Assembly (NCBI RefSeq): GCF_053078305.1
Contig: NZ_CP166879.1
DNA: 64,000 nucleotides
Strand: one strand, 5' to 3'
Under the pieces are notes generated by a model, which was given only the letters and a program-made list of their open reading frames with translations, searched no databases and was not told the origin of the DNA. A program made the translations under genes and the position numbers. Shown piece by piece: positions 11,763 through 23,614 of the stretch. Positions within the stretch are counted from its first letter, which is position 1, and each line of letters starts with the position of its first letter.

Positions 11763-12794
11763 ATGTCTGCATTTACCCCGGCAAGTGAAGTCTTGCTGCG
11801 TCACAGTGATGATTTCGAACAAAGCCGTATTCTGTTTGCCGGAGACTTACAGGATGACCTGCCCGCGCGTTTAGATACCGCGACCAGCCGTGCTCATACC
11901 CAGCAATTCCATCACTGGCAGGTGTTAAGCCGCCAGATGGGTGATAACGCCCGTTTTAGTCTGGTCGCCACGGCGGATGACGTCGCAGATTGCGATACGC
12001 TGATTTACTACTGGCCGAAGAACAAACCGGAAGCCCAGTTCCAGTTGATGAATTTACTTTCTCTGCTGCCGGTGGGCACGGATATTTTTGTCGTTGGCGA
12101 GAACCGCAGCGGCGTGCGCAGCGCAGAGCAGATACTGGCAGATTATGCGCCGTTGAATAAAGTCGACAGCGCCCGTCGCTGTGGCCTCTATTTTGGTCGT
12201 CTGGAAAAGCAGCCGGTGTTTGATGCCGATAAATTCTGGGGCGAATACAGCGTCGATGGCCTGACGGTCAAAACGCTGCCGGGCGTGTTTAGCCGCGACG
12301 GTCTGGATGTCGGTAGCCAGTTGCTGCTCTCGACGTTAACTCCGCACACGAAAGGTAAAGTGCTGGATGTCGGCTGTGGCGCGGGTGTGCTTTCAGTTGC
12401 CTTTGCGCGCCATTCGCCGAAAATTCGTCTCACCTTGTGCGATGTCTCTGCCCCGGCGGTAGAAGCCAGCCGCGCAACACTTGCGGCCAACGGTGTTGAA
12501 GGTGAAGTCTTTGCCAGCAACGTCTTTTCCGAGGTGAAAGGTCGTTTTGATATGATCATCTCCAACCCGCCGTTCCACGATGGGATGCAAACCAGCCTGG
12601 ATGCGGCGCAAACGCTGATTCGCGGCGCGGTGCGTCATCTTAATAGCGGCGGCGAGCTGCGAATTGTAGCGAACGCCTTCCTGCCTTACCCGGACGTGCT
12701 GGATGAGACATTTGGCTTCCATGAAGTTATCGCGCAAACCGGGCGCTTCAAGGTGTATCGCGCCATTATGACCCGCCAGGCGAAGAAAGGTTAA
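11763..12794 (+). CDS. rsmC: 16S rRNA m2G1207 methyltransferase
   Basis: 343-aa ORF with [11 protein letters not shown]doMet motif and NPPFH catalytic motif. Confidence 0.9.
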   Translation: MSAFTPASEVLLRHSDDFEQSRILFAGDLQDDLPARLDTATSRAHTQQFHHWQVLSRQMGDNARFSLVATADDVADCDTLIYYWPKNKPEAQFQLMNLLSLLPVGTDIFVVGENRSGVRSAEQILADYAPLNKVDSARRCGLYFGRLEKQPVFDADKFWGEYSVDGLTVKTLPGVFSRDGLDVGSQLLLSTLTPHTKGKVLDVGCGAGVLSVAFARHSPKIRLTLCDVSAPAVEASRATLAANGVEGEVFASNVFSEVKGRFDMIISNPPFHDGMQTSLDAAQTLIRGAVRHLNSGGELRIVANAFLPYPDVLDETFGFHEVIAQTGRFKVYRAIMTRQAKKG

Positions 12795-12812
12795 TTATCT
12801 CGCCGAATACCG

Positions 12813-12925
<113 letters not shown>

Positions 12926-12992
12926 CAAACCTGCACGCTAGTTTCCTGATGGACATTTTTCCAGCAATTACACCTCCGGCGATAATTAACTA

Positions 12993-13020
12993 TTGACGAA
13001 AAGCTGAAAACCACTAGAAT
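12993..13020 (+). promoter_or_regulatory. sigma70 promoter of the tRNA-Leu operon (TTGACG-16 bp-TAGAAT, GC-rich discriminator)
   Basis: -35 TTGACG at 12993-12998, -10 TAGAAT at 13015-13020, followed by GCGCCTCC about 40 bp before the first tRNA. Confidence 0.45.
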
Positions 13021-13061
13021 GCGCCTCCGTGGTAGCAATTCTTTTTAAGAATTGATGGTAT

Positions 13062-13148
13062 GCGAAGGTGGCGGAATTGGTAGACGCGCTAGCTTCAGGT
13101 GTTAGTGTCCTTACGGACGTGGGGGTTCAAGTCCCCCCCCTCGCACCA
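13062..13148 (+). tRNA. leuV: tRNA-Leu (anticodon CAG)
   Basis: 87-nt sequence GCGAAGGTGGCGGAATTGGTAGACGCG...CCA with CTTCAGG anticodon loop; copy name assigned from K-12 order. Confidence 0.9.
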
Positions 13149-13176
13149 AAAACCACGTTGATATTGCTCGCACTGG

Positions 13177-13263
13177 GCGAAGGTGGCGGAATTGGTAGAC
13201 GCGCTAGCTTCAGGTGTTAGTGTTCTTACGGACGTGGGGGTTCAAGTCCCCCCCCTCGCACCA
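13177..13263 (+). tRNA. leuP: tRNA-Leu (anticodon CAG), variable-arm C-to-T variant
   Basis: Identical to flanking copies except GTGTTCTTACGG vs GTGTCCTTACGG. Confidence 0.9.
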
Positions 13264-13297
13264 AACGAGGCGATATCAAAAAAAGTAAGATGACTGT

Positions 13298-13384
13298 GCG
13301 AAGGTGGCGGAATTGGTAGACGCGCTAGCTTCAGGTGTTAGTGTCCTTACGGACGTGGGGGTTCAAGTCCCCCCCCTCGCACCA
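13298..13384 (+). tRNA. leuQ: tRNA-Leu (anticodon CAG)
   Basis: Third tandem copy, identical to the first. Confidence 0.9.
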
Positions 13385-13422
13385 ATTATCTTTACTTCCT
13401 TTCTTGTTTCTTCCCTGTTTTA

Positions 13423-13659
13423 TCATCCCTGATTCAAATTCATTATCATCAGCATGATGCCAGCAATAAGCGCCAGGCACGATGGTAGCAAAACGTAATG
13501 CCGCAACTGTTTGTGATACAGCATCATCGGCGTCAATACTAATCCCATCAGAATGATAATCCGCCATTGATCCGGCGATAAATCCGCATACATCAGCCCT
13601 GCAATCAGCAATCCCGGTAGCAACACTCCCCAGCCACTGCCCAGCGTACGTTGCAACAT
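13423..13659 (-). CDS. yjjZ: small inner-membrane protein (DUF1435)
   Basis: 78 aa from MLQRTLGSGWGVLLPGLL inside a 115-aa ORF. Confidence 0.8.
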   Translation of the reverse strand: MLQRTLGSGWGVLLPGLLIAGLMYADLSPDQWRIIILMGLVLTPMMLYHKQLRHYVLLPSCLALIAGIMLMIMNLNQG

Positions 13660-13677
13660 GGTTTCATCTCTTTCATT

Positions 13678-13696
13678 GATAATGATAACCAATATC
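13678..13696. promoter_or_regulatory. Fur box (17/19 match to GATAATGATAATCATTATC)
   Basis: GATAATGATAACCAATATC in the divergent yjjZ-fhuF intergenic region. Confidence 0.55.
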
Positions 13697-13766
13697 ATAT
13701 GATAATTTTTATCATTTGCAAGCCAGAGAAATCCCTTGCTATCGGGTAAACCTATCGCTAGGATTA

Positions 13767-13786
13767 GCAATCATTATCATTTAGAT
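13767..13786. promoter_or_regulatory. second Fur-box-like site (AATCATTATC core) upstream of fhuF
   Basis: GCAATCATTATCATTTAG, 15-30 bp upstream of the fhuF start. Confidence 0.45.
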
Positions 13787-13799
13787 TACTATCCCGATT

Positions 13800-14588
13800 A
13801 TGGCCTATCGTTCCGCACCGCTCTATGAAGATGTTATCTGGCGAACACATCTCCAGCCGCAGGATGCTGGGCTTGCACAAGCCGTACGGGCGATGATCGC
13901 CAAACATCGTGAACATTTGCTGGAGTTTATCCGCCTGGATGAACCCGCTCCGCTTAACGCCATGACGCTGGCGCAATGGTCATCACCGAATGCGCTAAGT
14001 TCTCTACTCGCGGTCTATTCCGATCATATCTACCGCAACCAACCAACGATGATCCGCGAGAACAAACCGCTGATCTCACTGTGGGCGCAGTGGTATATCG
14101 GCCTGATGGTGCCACCATTAATGCTGGCGCTACTGACGCAGGAAAAGGCATTAGATGTGTCGCCGGAACATTTCCATGCTGAGTTTCACGAAACCGGACG
14201 CGTCGCCTGTTTCTGGGTCGATGTGTGTGAAGATAAAAACGCAACACCACATTCGCCGCAGCATCGAATGGAAACGTTAATCAGCCAGGCGCTGGTTCCG
14301 GTTGTGCAAGCACTAGAAGCGACCGGAGAGATCAACGGCAAACTTATCTGGAGTAATACCGGTTATTTGATCAACTGGTATCTCACTGAGATGAAGCAAC
14401 TGCTCGGCGAGGCTACTGTTGAATCGCTGCGTCATGCCCTCTTTTTTGAGAAAACGCTCACGAACGGTGAAGATAATCCACTCTGGCGTACCGTGGTGCT
14501 ACGCGACGGCCTGCTGGTGCGCCGCACTTGCTGCCAGCGTTATCGCTTACCAGATGTGCAGCAATGTGGCGATTGTACGCTGAAATGA
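13800..14588 (+). CDS. fhuF: ferric-siderophore reductase, C-terminal 2Fe-2S Cys cluster
   Basis: 262-aa ORF ending CCQRYRLPDVQQCGDCTLK. Confidence 0.9.
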   Translation: MAYRSAPLYEDVIWRTHLQPQDAGLAQAVRAMIAKHREHLLEFIRLDEPAPLNAMTLAQWSSPNALSSLLAVYSDHIYRNQPTMIRENKPLISLWAQWYIGLMVPPLMLALLTQEKALDVSPEHFHAEFHETGRVACFWVDVCEDKNATPHSPQHRMETLISQALVPVVQALEATGEINGKLIWSNTGYLINWYLTEMKQLLGEATVESLRHALFFEKTLTNGEDNPLWRTVVLRDGLLVRRTCCQRYRLPDVQQCGDCTLK

Positions 14589-14625
14589 AAGCACTGCCGG
14601 GGAAGTAAACCCGGCATCATGCGGA

Positions 14626-15303
14626 TTAATAGGGATGCAACACATTACTTGTTTCGCAATGCCGCATACATAACAGAATATCTGCGGCCTCCAACAACCC
14701 TGCGTCAGAACTGACGCCCAGTTTCGACATCACATTAAATTTATGTGCACGGATCGTTTTGATATTGCGTTTAAGCTGCTCGGCAATTTGTGTCATTGAG
14801 TAGCCACGCGACATAAAGCGCAATATTTCTCTCTCCGTCGGGCTTAACGTCCGGCTTTGGTTAATGTACCACTGATTGTTCAGTCGGTCGGTCGCCTGAC
14901 GTACACCATTTAATGACAAAAAGAGTTCCTGATGAAAAATCTCCAGCGTTGACGCTTTACTTAATACACCGTCCAGCGGTGATGGCGACAATGAACCAAT
15001 CAGCCGAGCTTCAATATCATCATCCGCAATAACTAAACGCCGGGTACGCGGAAACTTAATCGCCAGTTCAGTCAGGCAAGATAATCCCTCTCTGCGCTCA
15101 CTTCTCATGGCAGAAAAAGAAAAAATGACCGCCGCAAACGAGATCCGCGACATGGCATCCTGAAATGACTCCTGACTGGTATAGGTATGGAGCTTATAAG
15201 GGTTGCCCGCAAACTTTCTGAATAAACTCTCAATACCGATACTACTCATGACGCATTTTTCTATGAGTGCGACATTTCTCTTCTTAATTCGGCTGTGTTC
15301 CAT
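14626..15303 (-). CDS. bglJ: LuxR-family transcriptional regulator
   Basis: 225-aa ORF with C-terminal LuxR HTH; overlaps yjjQ. Confidence 0.9.
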
Positions 15304-15986
15304 TCTGCGGCATCTCCATAAACAGAAGGCAAGTTAAGTTCTCTTGCACCCTGCGCGCTATTTATCCATGCATACATTTCAGCGTTGCTGTGAATTGCCA
15401 GTCGACGCATCGCACTGTTTTTTTGGGCGCTGATAGTTTTATTACTTTTCTTAAGCAATGAAGCTATCTGGTTGATGCCCCATCCTTTACCTAATAGCCG
15501 CAGTACCTTGCGCTCTGAAAGAGTGAGAATGACGGAGCGATAGCTAAAATCATGAGTTTCAGTCATTGCCGGGGAGGTCAGCATGGCGCTGATACGCTCT
15601 GCGTGCGTATTGCCGGAACGTACGGTCTTAACCAGATTCTCAATGGGTTCAACATCAGACAATAACGTCGCCGTAGGGCACATGAGTAATTCTACTGCCT
15701 GGGAATACCAGGAGCGTGACACCATGAAAACCCAGTGAATTTCCCGATATTGTGAGATTAAAGAATAATAATGTTCACAAACAGAACGTGGATCTTCACT
15801 TTCACCGGCTAAATCAGCAATGACTAATCCGGAACGACGTAATTGTAATAAGGTAAGGTCCTCCGCAGAGGCGCTGGATATTATTTCATATTCAGGGAAG
15901 TGAGTCCTCATGACCTCTTTTAACCCTGCTTGCATAACAGGTATTTTACTGATAACAATTCCATTTTTGCAGCATCCTGGCAACAT
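15261..15986 (-). CDS. yjjQ: LuxR-family transcriptional regulator
   Basis: 241-aa ORF with C-terminal LuxR HTH ([20 protein letters not shown]). Confidence 0.9.
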
Positions 15987-16606
15987 ATTTCCTCCACATC
16001 CACTGTCTAAAAATTATGATGGTTTATTCAGGATATTCATTCCTTAAATGTTTCCAGCAAATTAATAGATTAAGCGAATAAATTATCCTTAGCATTCACT
16101 TTCATATCAGCATACTCCTGCTGCACAACAACTCCACTGCATGTGTCAGAAGGTTAGCATCAAATGATAACCTGGTGAAATAGCCTGGAGACATTTAAAA
16201 TATCTACATTAAGTTGTTAGAAATACTTAATGAAAAACAGAAATCTCATTCATTTAATTTATAATTAAATGATATCTCTTCCCGCAGAATGCGGGAATCA
16301 CACAATCAATATTTATTCAATAAAATCTGATGATTTTAACTTGTTAACACTAAAAAACGCGCCCAGCTATCTATTATCCTGACCCGTAAAGGCTAAAACA
16401 ATAAATTCATTATAGTGATAATATTCATGTGATAGTTTGTTTGCGGCGAGAGATAATTCGCTTTTTATCACCGAGCTTGTCCCGATAACCAGGATTAATC
16501 AGCGCAATTTTGATCTTAACCTACCGCAAAACAACCTTGCTTCATGATACAAATGGATTCTCATTATCTGAACAATACGCAGCACGTCTATGACAAAGGG
16601 CGAGTT
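15987..16606. promoter_or_regulatory. AT-rich divergent yjjQ/yjjP regulatory region (probable H-NS-silenced promoters)
   Basis: About 620 bp of strongly AT-rich DNA between divergent genes; yjjQ-bglJ and yjjP are reported H-NS targets. Confidence 0.45.
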
Positions 16607-17377
16607 ATGCAAACTGAGCAACAGCGAGCCGTAACACGGCTTTGTATCCAGTGTGGATTATTTCTTTTGCAACATGGTGCGGAAAGCGCGTTGGTTGATG
16701 AGCTTTCCTCACGACTGGGTCGGGCGCTGGGAATGGACAGCGTAGAAAGTTCTATCTCTTCGAACGCCATAGTGCTGACAACTATTAAAGATGGGCAATG
16801 CCTGACATCGACACGTAAAAATCACGATCGCGGCATTAATATGCATGTGGTGACTGAAGTCCAGCACATTGTGATTCTTGCGGAGCATCATCTGCTGGAT
16901 TACAAAGGCGTAGAGAAACGATTTAGCCAAATTCAGCCATTACGTTACCCAAGATGGCTGGTAGCCTTAATGGTTGGCCTTTCTTGCGCCTGTTTCTGTA
17001 AACTCAATAACGGTGGCTGGGATGGTGCCGTCATCACCTTCTTTGCCAGTACGGCCGCGATGTATATCCGCCAGCTGCTGGCACAACGTCATCTTCATCC
17101 ACAAATCAACTTTTGCCTCACCGCTTTCGCCGCCACCACCATTTCCGGATTGCTTTTGCAACTCCCCACTTTCAGCAATACCCCCACCATTGCGATGGCC
17201 GCCAGCGTTCTGCTGCTGGTTCCGGGCTTTCCGTTGATTAATGCCGTCGCCGATATGTTTAAAGGCCACATCAATACCGGACTGGCACGCTGGGCGATCG
17301 CCAGTCTGCTGACACTGGCTACCTGCGTCGGCGTGGTGATGGCACTGACGATTTGGGGGCTACGCGGATGGGTGTGA
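16607..17377 (+). CDS. yjjP: inner-membrane protein (ThrE/YjjP family)
   Basis: ORF 16544-17377; start at MQTEQQRAV gives 256 aa. Confidence 0.8.
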   Translation: MQTEQQRAVTRLCIQCGLFLLQHGAESALVDELSSRLGRALGMDSVESSISSNAIVLTTIKDGQCLTSTRKNHDRGINMHVVTEVQHIVILAEHHLLDYKGVEKRFSQIQPLRYPRWLVALMVGLSCACFCKLNNGGWDGAVITFFASTAAMYIRQLLAQRHLHPQINFCLTAFAATTISGLLLQLPTFSNTPTIAMAASVLLLVPGFPLINAVADMFKGHINTGLARWAIASLLTLATCVGVVMALTIWGLRGWV

Positions 17378-17841
17378 TCGAATTTCTGTTTGCATTGGCG
17401 CAGGATATGATCCTCGCCGCCATTCCAGCGGTCGGCTTTGCGATGGTGTTCAACGTTCCCGTGCGGGCGTTACGCTGGTGTGCGCTGCTTGGCTCGATAG
17501 GTCATGGTTCCCGAATGATCTTGATGACCAGCGGGTTGAATATTGAGTGGTCAACCTTTATGGCTTCTATGCTGGTCGGCACCATTGGTATTCAATGGTC
17601 GCGCTGGTATCTGGCGCATCCGAAAGTGTTTACCGTGGCGGCCGTTATCCCTATGTTCCCGGGCATATCGGCTTATACCGCAATGATTTCGGCGGTAAAA
17701 ATCAGCCAGCTAGGTTACAGCGAACCGTTGATGATTACCCTGTTAACCAACTTTCTTACAGCTTCATCGATTGTTGGTGCGTTATCTATCGGTCTTTCCA
17801 TTCCTGGATTATGGTTGTACCGCAAGCGCCCTCGCGTATAA
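17368..17841 (+). CDS. yjjB: inner-membrane protein (YjjB family)
   Basis: 157 aa from [14 protein letters not shown]; overlaps yjjP stop. Confidence 0.8.
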   Translation: MGVIEFLFALAQDMILAAIPAVGFAMVFNVPVRALRWCALLGSIGHGSRMILMTSGLNIEWSTFMASMLVGTIGIQWSRWYLAHPKVFTVAAVIPMFPGISAYTAMISAVKISQLGYSEPLMITLLTNFLTASSIVGALSIGLSIPGLWLYRKRPRV

Positions 17842-17948
17842 AATTGCCTCGCTTAAAGCACGCGGATGAGAGACAGCCTCCTCTCCTCCGTGTGTTACTA
17901 TAAAAGTTATCTCCCTTCTCGTTCATCGTTCCATATTTGAGAAACAGT

Positions 17949-18488
17949 ATGTCTTCCAGAGTTTTGACCCCGGACGTCGTTGGTATTGACGCCCTGGTAC
18001 ACGATCACCAAACCGTTCTGGCAAAAGCTGAAGGCGGTGTGGTTGCCGTATTTGCTAACAATGCCCCGGCGTTTTATGCCGTCACGCCTGCACGCCTGGC
18101 TGAACTGCTGGCGCTGGAAGAAAAGCTGGCGCGTCCGGGAAGCGATGTCGCTCTGGACGATCAACTCTATCAGGAACCGCAAGCCGCTCCCGTTGCTGTA
18201 CCCATGGGGAAATTCGCCATGTATCCGGACTGGCAACCCGATGCCGATTTTATCCGCCTGGCGGCGCTATGGGGCGTGGCGCTAAGAGAGCCGGTAACCA
18301 CCGAAGAACTGGCCTCATTCATTGCCTACTGGCAGGCGGAAGGTAAAGTCTTTCACCATGTGCAGTGGCAACAAAAACTGGCGCGCAGCCTGCAAATCGG
18401 TCGTGCCAGCAACGGCGGACTGCCGAAACGAGATGTGAATACGGTCAGTGAACCTGACAGCCAAATTCCACCAGGATTCAGAGGGTAA
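17949..18488 (+). CDS. dnaT: primosomal protein DnaT
   Basis: 179 aa from [16 protein letters not shown]. Confidence 0.9.
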
Positions 18489-18490
18489 CG

Positions 18491-19228
18491 ATGAAAAACG
18501 TTGGCGACCTGATGCAACGCCTGCAAAAAATGATGCCTGCCCATATCAAACCTGCATTCAAAACGGGTGAAGAGCTACTGGCCTGGCAGAAAGAACAAGG
18601 GGCGATCCGCTCCGCCGCTCTCGAACGTGAAAATCGGGCGATGAAAATGCAGCGCACCTTTAACCGCTCCGGTATTCGTCCACTGCATCAGAACTGCTCC
18701 TTTGAGAACTATCGCGTTGAGTGTGAAGGGCAGATGAATGCGTTAAGCAAAGCGCGCCAGTATGTCGAAGAGTTTGACGGCAACATCGCCAGCTTCATCT
18801 TTTCTGGTAAGCCAGGAACCGGCAAAAACCATCTGGCGGCGGCAATCTGCAACGAGCTGCTGCTACGCGGTAAATCCGTATTGATCATCACCGTGGCCGA
18901 TATTATGTCGGCGATGAAAGATACCTTCAGGAATAGCGGTACCAGCGAAGAACAACTGCTTAACGATCTGAGCAACGTTGATCTGCTGGTGATCGATGAG
19001 ATCGGCGTGCAGACCGAATCGAAATACGAAAAAGTGATCATCAACCAGATCGTCGATCGCCGCTCTTCTTCCAAACGCCCAACCGGGATGCTGACCAACA
19101 GTAATATGGAAGAGATGACCAAGTTGCTGGGCGAACGCGTGATGGACCGTATGCGCCTGGGTAACAGTTTGTGGGTGATCTTCAACTGGGATAGCTACCG
19201 TAGCCGTGTAACAGGTAAAGAGTATTAA
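18491..19228 (+). CDS. dnaC: helicase loader DnaC (AAA+)
   Basis: 245-aa ORF with Walker A GKPGTGKNHLA; 3 bp after dnaT. Confidence 0.95.
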   Translation: MKNVGDLMQRLQKMMPAHIKPAFKTGEELLAWQKEQGAIRSAALERENRAMKMQRTFNRSGIRPLHQNCSFENYRVECEGQMNALSKARQYVEEFDGNIASFIFSGKPGTGKNHLAAAICNELLLRGKSVLIITVADIMSAMKDTFRNSGTSEEQLLNDLSNVDLLVIDEIGVQTESKYEKVIINQIVDRRSSSKRPTGMLTNSNMEEMTKLLGERVMDRMRLGNSLWVIFNWDSYRSRVTGKEY

Positions 19229-19273
19229 TCCCCGTTTCTGGCGGTATACTGCGACACAATTCCACCTTGAGTA

Positions 19274-19771
19274 ATGATGATGAAAACTGTTAAACATCTT
19301 CTGTGCTGTGCCATTGCCGCCAGCGCATTAATTTCCACCGGGGTGCATGCTGCGTCCTGGAAAGATGCGCTCTCCAGCGCCGCCAGCGAACTTGGCAACC
19401 AAAACAGCACGACACAGGAAGGCGGTTGGTCGCTCGCGTCATTAACTAACTTGCTTAGCAGCGGGAACCAGGCCTTAAGCGCAGATAACATGAACAATGC
19501 CGCAGGCATTCTGCAATACTGCGCGAAGCAAAAGCTGGCGTCGGTAACCGATGCCGAAAACATCAAGAATCAGGTGCTGGAAAAGCTGGGCCTGAACAGT
19601 GAAGAGCAAAAAGAAGACACCAACTATCTGGACGGTATTCAGGGTTTGCTGAAAACCAAAGATGGTCAGCAACTCAATCTGGATAACATCGGAACGACTC
19701 CGCTGGCAGAAAAGGTTAAAACCAAAGCCTGCGATCTGGTGTTAAAGCAGGGGCTGAACTTCATTTCCTGA
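19274..19771 (+). CDS. yjjA: secreted protein of unknown function (DUF2501)
   Basis: 165-aa ORF with signal peptide. Confidence 0.8.
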   Translation: MMMKTVKHLLCCAIAASALISTGVHAASWKDALSSAASELGNQNSTTQEGGWSLASLTNLLSSGNQALSADNMNNAAGILQYCAKQKLASVTDAENIKNQVLEKLGLNSEEQKEDTNYLDGIQGLLKTKDGQQLNLDNIGTTPLAEKVKTKACDLVLKQGLNFIS

Positions 19772-20024
19772 ACCGCGAAACGCCGCGTTTTAGCTGTTAC
19801 CCGGCTGACGCGGCTCTCTCCTGCCCTTTTCCCTGCTCCTGGACAGTTTTCCCCCTGTTACACGGGAAGCGACCGCGATCAAAAAAGTCTGTTTATAAAC
19901 TAATTCCTAACAACATCGCATTTTTTTGACACTAGAATTGCAGCAATATGGCGACGCCATTACATTGTGCTTCTCAAAAAGCTTAAACGTTGGCTAAACG
20001 GCCCGGTTTAGTGAGGATCGCCCG

Positions 20025-22316
20025 TTGTCAGAACTACTCTCTTTCGCCCTTTTTCTCGCCTCTGTGCTGATTTACGCATGGAAAGCGGGACGTAACACCT
20101 GGTGGTTTGCAGCCACGTTAACGGTGCTGGGGCTATTTGTCGTTTTAAATATCACCCTGTTTGCCAGCGACTATTTTACTGGCGATGGTATTAACGACGC
20201 GGTTCTCTATACCTTAACCAACAGCCTGACCGGTGCTGGCGTCAGCAAATACATTTTGCCGGGTATCGGCATTGTGCTGGGGCTGACGGCGGTGTTCGGT
20301 GCGCTGGGCTGGATCCTGCGCCGTCGTCGCCATCATCCGCACCATTTTGGTTACAGCCTGCTGGCGCTCTTACTGGCGCTGGGTTCGGTGGACGCCAGCC
20401 CGGCATTTCGTCAGATAACGGAACTGGTGAAATCCCAGTCACGCGATGGCGACCCGGACTTTGCGGCTTATTATAAAGAGCCGTCGAAAACTATCCCTGA
20501 CCCGAAACTCAACCTGGTTTATATCTACGGCGAAAGTCTCGAGCGGACCTATTTTGATAACGAAGCTTTCCCGGATCTCACGCCTGAACTGGGCGCGTTG
20601 AAAAATGAAGGCCTGGATTTCAGCCACACGCAGCAGCTGCCAGGAACGGATTACACGATTGCGGGCATGGTGGCTTCTCAGTGCGGCATACCGCTGTTTG
20701 CCCCCTTTGAAGGCAACGCCTCCGCTTCTGTTTCCAGCTTCTTCCCGCAGAACATCTGTCTGGGCGATATCCTGAAAAACTCGGGTTATCAGAACTATTT
20801 CGTGCAGGGCGCGAATCTGCGTTTTGCCGGTAAAGATGTGTTCCTGAAGTCGCATGGCTTCGACCACTTATACGGCTCAGAAGAGCTGAAAAGCGTGGTA
20901 GCCGACCCGCACTATCGCAACGACTGGGGATTCTACGACGATACCGTTCTCGATGAAGCGTGGAAAAAGTTTGAAGAGCTTTCCCGTTCTGGTCAGCGAT
21001 TCTCACTGTTTACCCTGACAGTCGATACCCATCACCCGGATGGTTTTATCTCGCGCACCTGTAACCGCAAAAAATATGATTTTGACGGTAAGCCGAATCA
21101 GTCATTCAGCGCGGTAAGTTGCAGCCAGGAGAACATCGCGACGTTTATCAACAAAATCAAAGCGTCACCGTGGTTTAAAGATACTGTCATCGTCGTCTCT
21201 TCTGACCATTTAGCGATGAACAACACGGCGTGGAAATACCTCAATAAGCAGGATCGCAATAACCTGTTTTTTGTCATTCGTGGCGACAAGCCGCAGCAAG
21301 AGACGCTGGCAGTGAAGCGTAACACGATGGATAACGGCGCGACGGTGCTGGACATTCTCGGTGGCGATAACTATCTCGGACTTGGTCGTAGCAGTTTATC
21401 CGGGCAGTCGATGTCGGAAATCTTCCTCAATATCAAAGAGAAAACATTGGCGTGGAAGCCAGATATCATCCGCCTGTGGAAATTCCCTAAAGAGATGAAA
21501 GAGTTCACCATCGACCAGCAGAAAAACATGATTGCCTTCTCGGGTAGCCATTTCCGTTTGCCGCTGCTGTTGCGGGTTTCAGACAAACGCGTGGAACCGC
21601 TGCCGGAAAGCGAATACTCAGCACCGCTGCGTTTCCAGCTGGCCGATTTCGCTCCACGCGACAATTTCGTCTGGGTTGACCGTTGCTACAAGATGGCACA
21701 ACTCTGGGCTCCGGAACTGGCACTTTCCACCGACTGGTGTGTCTCGCAGGGGCAACTTGGCGGTCAGCAAATTGTTCAGCATGTTGACAAAACAACATGG
21801 AAGAGCAAGACGGCATTTAAAGATACGGTCATCGACATGGCGCGTTACAAAGGCAATGTCGATACGCTGAAGATTGTTGATAACGATATTCGCTACAAAG
21901 CCGACAGTTTCATCTTTAACGTCGCCGGTGCGCCAGAAGAGGTGAAACAGTTTAGCGGGATTTCCCGTCCGGAGTCGTGGGGCCGCTGGTCCAACGCGCA
22001 GCTGGGCGATGAAGTAAAAATCGAGTACAAGCATCCGCTGCCGAAGAAATTTGACCTGGTGATTACCGCCAAAGCATACGGCAATAACGCCAGCCGTCCT
22101 ATTCCGGTACGCGTAGGCAATGAAGAACAAACTCTTGTGCTGGGCAATGAAGTGACCACCACCACACTGCATTTCGATAACCCAACCGATGCCGACACAC
22201 TGGTAATTGTGCCGCCGGAACCTGTCTCAACCAACGAAGGGAATATCCTCGGACACTCGCCGCGTAAGCTCGGGATCGGCATGGTAGAAATTAAAGTGGT
22301 AGAACGTGAAGGGTAA
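20025..22316 (+). CDS. opgB: phosphoglycerol transferase I (sulfatase family)
   Basis: 763-aa ORF with N-terminal TM helices and sulfatase domain. Confidence 0.9.
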   Translation: MSELLSFALFLASVLIYAWKAGRNTWWFAATLTVLGLFVVLNITLFASDYFTGDGINDAVLYTLTNSLTGAGVSKYILPGIGIVLGLTAVFGALGWILRRRRHHPHHFGYSLLALLLALGSVDASPAFRQITELVKSQSRDGDPDFAAYYKEPSKTIPDPKLNLVYIYGESLERTYFDNEAFPDLTPELGALKNEGLDFSHTQQLPGTDYTIAGMVASQCGIPLFAPFEGNASASVSSFFPQNICLGDILKNSGYQNYFVQGANLRFAGKDVFLKSHGFDHLYGSEELKSVVADPHYRNDWGFYDDTVLDEAWKKFEELSRSGQRFSLFTLTVDTHHPDGFISRTCNRKKYDFDGKPNQSFSAVSCSQENIATFINKIKASPWFKDTVIVVSSDHLAMNNTAWKYLNKQDRNNLFFVIRGDKPQQETLAVKRNTMDNGATVLDILGGDNYLGLGRSSLSGQSMSEIFLNIKEKTLAWKPDIIRLWKFPKEMKEFTIDQQKNMIAFSGSHFRLPLLLRVSDKRVEPLPESEYSAPLRFQLADFAPRDNFVWVDRCYKMAQLWAPELALSTDWCVSQGQLGGQQIVQHVDKTTWKSKTAFKDTVIDMARYKGNVDTLKIVDNDIRYKADSFIFNVAGAPEEVKQFSGISRPESWGRWSNAQLGDEVKIEYKHPLPKKFDLVITAKAYGNNASRPIPVRVGNEEQTLVLGNEVTTTTLHFDNPTDADTLVIVPPEPVSTNEGNILGHSPRKLGIGMVEIKVVEREG

Positions 22317-22453
22317 TTCCTGACTGATGTGTAGGTCGCATAAGGTGCGACCTACACGCCTTCTACGGCTTACAACACATTATTAAGAAACAAAAAAAAC
22401 AGCGCCCAACACTTCCCCGGACGCTGCATGGCAACTTTAATAATCTCGCCTTA

Positions 22454-23476
22454 TCAGAAAGTAATTACGCCTTTAATTAACTCACGATTGTTAATCACAT
22501 CGCGCTCGTAGGTTTCTGCCAGCGTGGCGAACGGGTAGCGATGGGTTAACATCATGTCGGCAGTGATTTTTCCTTCCGCCATCAGTCGACCGACTTTAGC
22601 GAAATCTTCCGGCGTGGCGTTGCGGCTGCCCATCATCGTCGTTTCTTTTTTATGGAATTCAGGATCGGAGAACTGCAACTCTCCTTTAAACAGGCCGACA
22701 AATACCACCGTGCCGCCGTGACGAATCAGATTCACGGTGTTATTCATCGCATGTTGATTGCCTGTCGCGTCGATCACTTTCTGCGCCAGCGAACCACCAA
22801 ACTGCGCCCGCAGCTGCGCGTCAAAATCTTCGGCTGACGGGTCCAGCACGGGCAACTCCAGACGCGTTGCCACATGTTCACGGCGCGCCGGACTGGTATC
22901 CGCCACCACCACCTGTGCGCCATCGGCTTTAGCGATTGCCGCCGCGCCCAGACCGATTGGCCCCGCCCCGACCACCAGCACCTGCTCGCCGGGAGCAATG
23001 GCTGCGCGACGCACCGCATGAGCGCTAATAGCGAAAGGTTCAATCAATGCGGCCGCCTGCGGGTCAATACCGTCTGCGGGCAAAATGTTCGCCACCGGCA
23101 CGCTCAAATACTCACTAAAACCGCCATCCTGATGCACGCCAATGACTGAAATTTTTTCACAGCAATTGGTACGCCCGCTTTTACACGCCGGGCATTGCTG
23201 ACAGGCAACATAAGGGATCACAGCAACTTGCTGACCATTTTTAAGATCAGCAATATTTTTACCCAGCCCAACAATCTCCCCACATATTTCATGGCCTAAA
23301 ACCCGTGGATAACTAAAAAATGGTTGATTACCACCCCAGGCATGAATATCGGTACCGCAAATCCCGACAGACTTAATTTTTATTAATGCTTCATTGTCAC
23401 CCGGAATAGGTATCTCACGTTGTTTCCAGACTAATGCTTTCGGCTGCTGGCAAATTAAAACATTCATCGTAGACAT
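22454..23476 (-). CDS. lgoD: L-galactonate 5-dehydrogenase (zinc-type alcohol dehydrogenase)
   Basis: 340 aa from MSTMNVLICQQP; GHE..G zinc motif and GAGPIG NAD fold. Confidence 0.9.
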   Translation of the reverse strand: MSTMNVLICQQPKALVWKQREIPIPGDNEALIKIKSVGICGTDIHAWGGNQPFFSYPRVLGHEICGEIVGLGKNIADLKNGQQVAVIPYVACQQCPACKSGRTNCCEKISVIGVHQDGGFSEYLSVPVANILPADGIDPQAAALIEPFAISAHAVRRAAIAPGEQVLVVGAGPIGLGAAAIAKADGAQVVVADTSPARREHVATRLELPVLDPSAEDFDAQLRAQFGGSLAQKVIDATGNQHAMNNTVNLIRHGGTVVFVGLFKGELQFSDPEFHKKETTMMGSRNATPEDFAKVGRLMAEGKITADMMLTHRYPFATLAETYERDVINNRELIKGVITF

Positions 23477-23614
23477 GATTCGGCTCTCCATTTTTTGTTG
23501 CCTTAGATATCAATGAAAATGAAAAATGGCAGCGGAACGGAAAATCTGTTTTGTGAAAACACACGCATAAAAATGTTTTAAATCGGGTTTTAATGGACTC
23601 ACAAGGAGGAAAAT

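Noticed and set aside
13062-13800. tRNA-Leu cluster as a possible genomic-island integration site
   Set aside because: No integrase, direct repeat of the tRNA 3' end, or phage genes follow; the next genes (yjjZ, fhuF) are conserved backbone genes.
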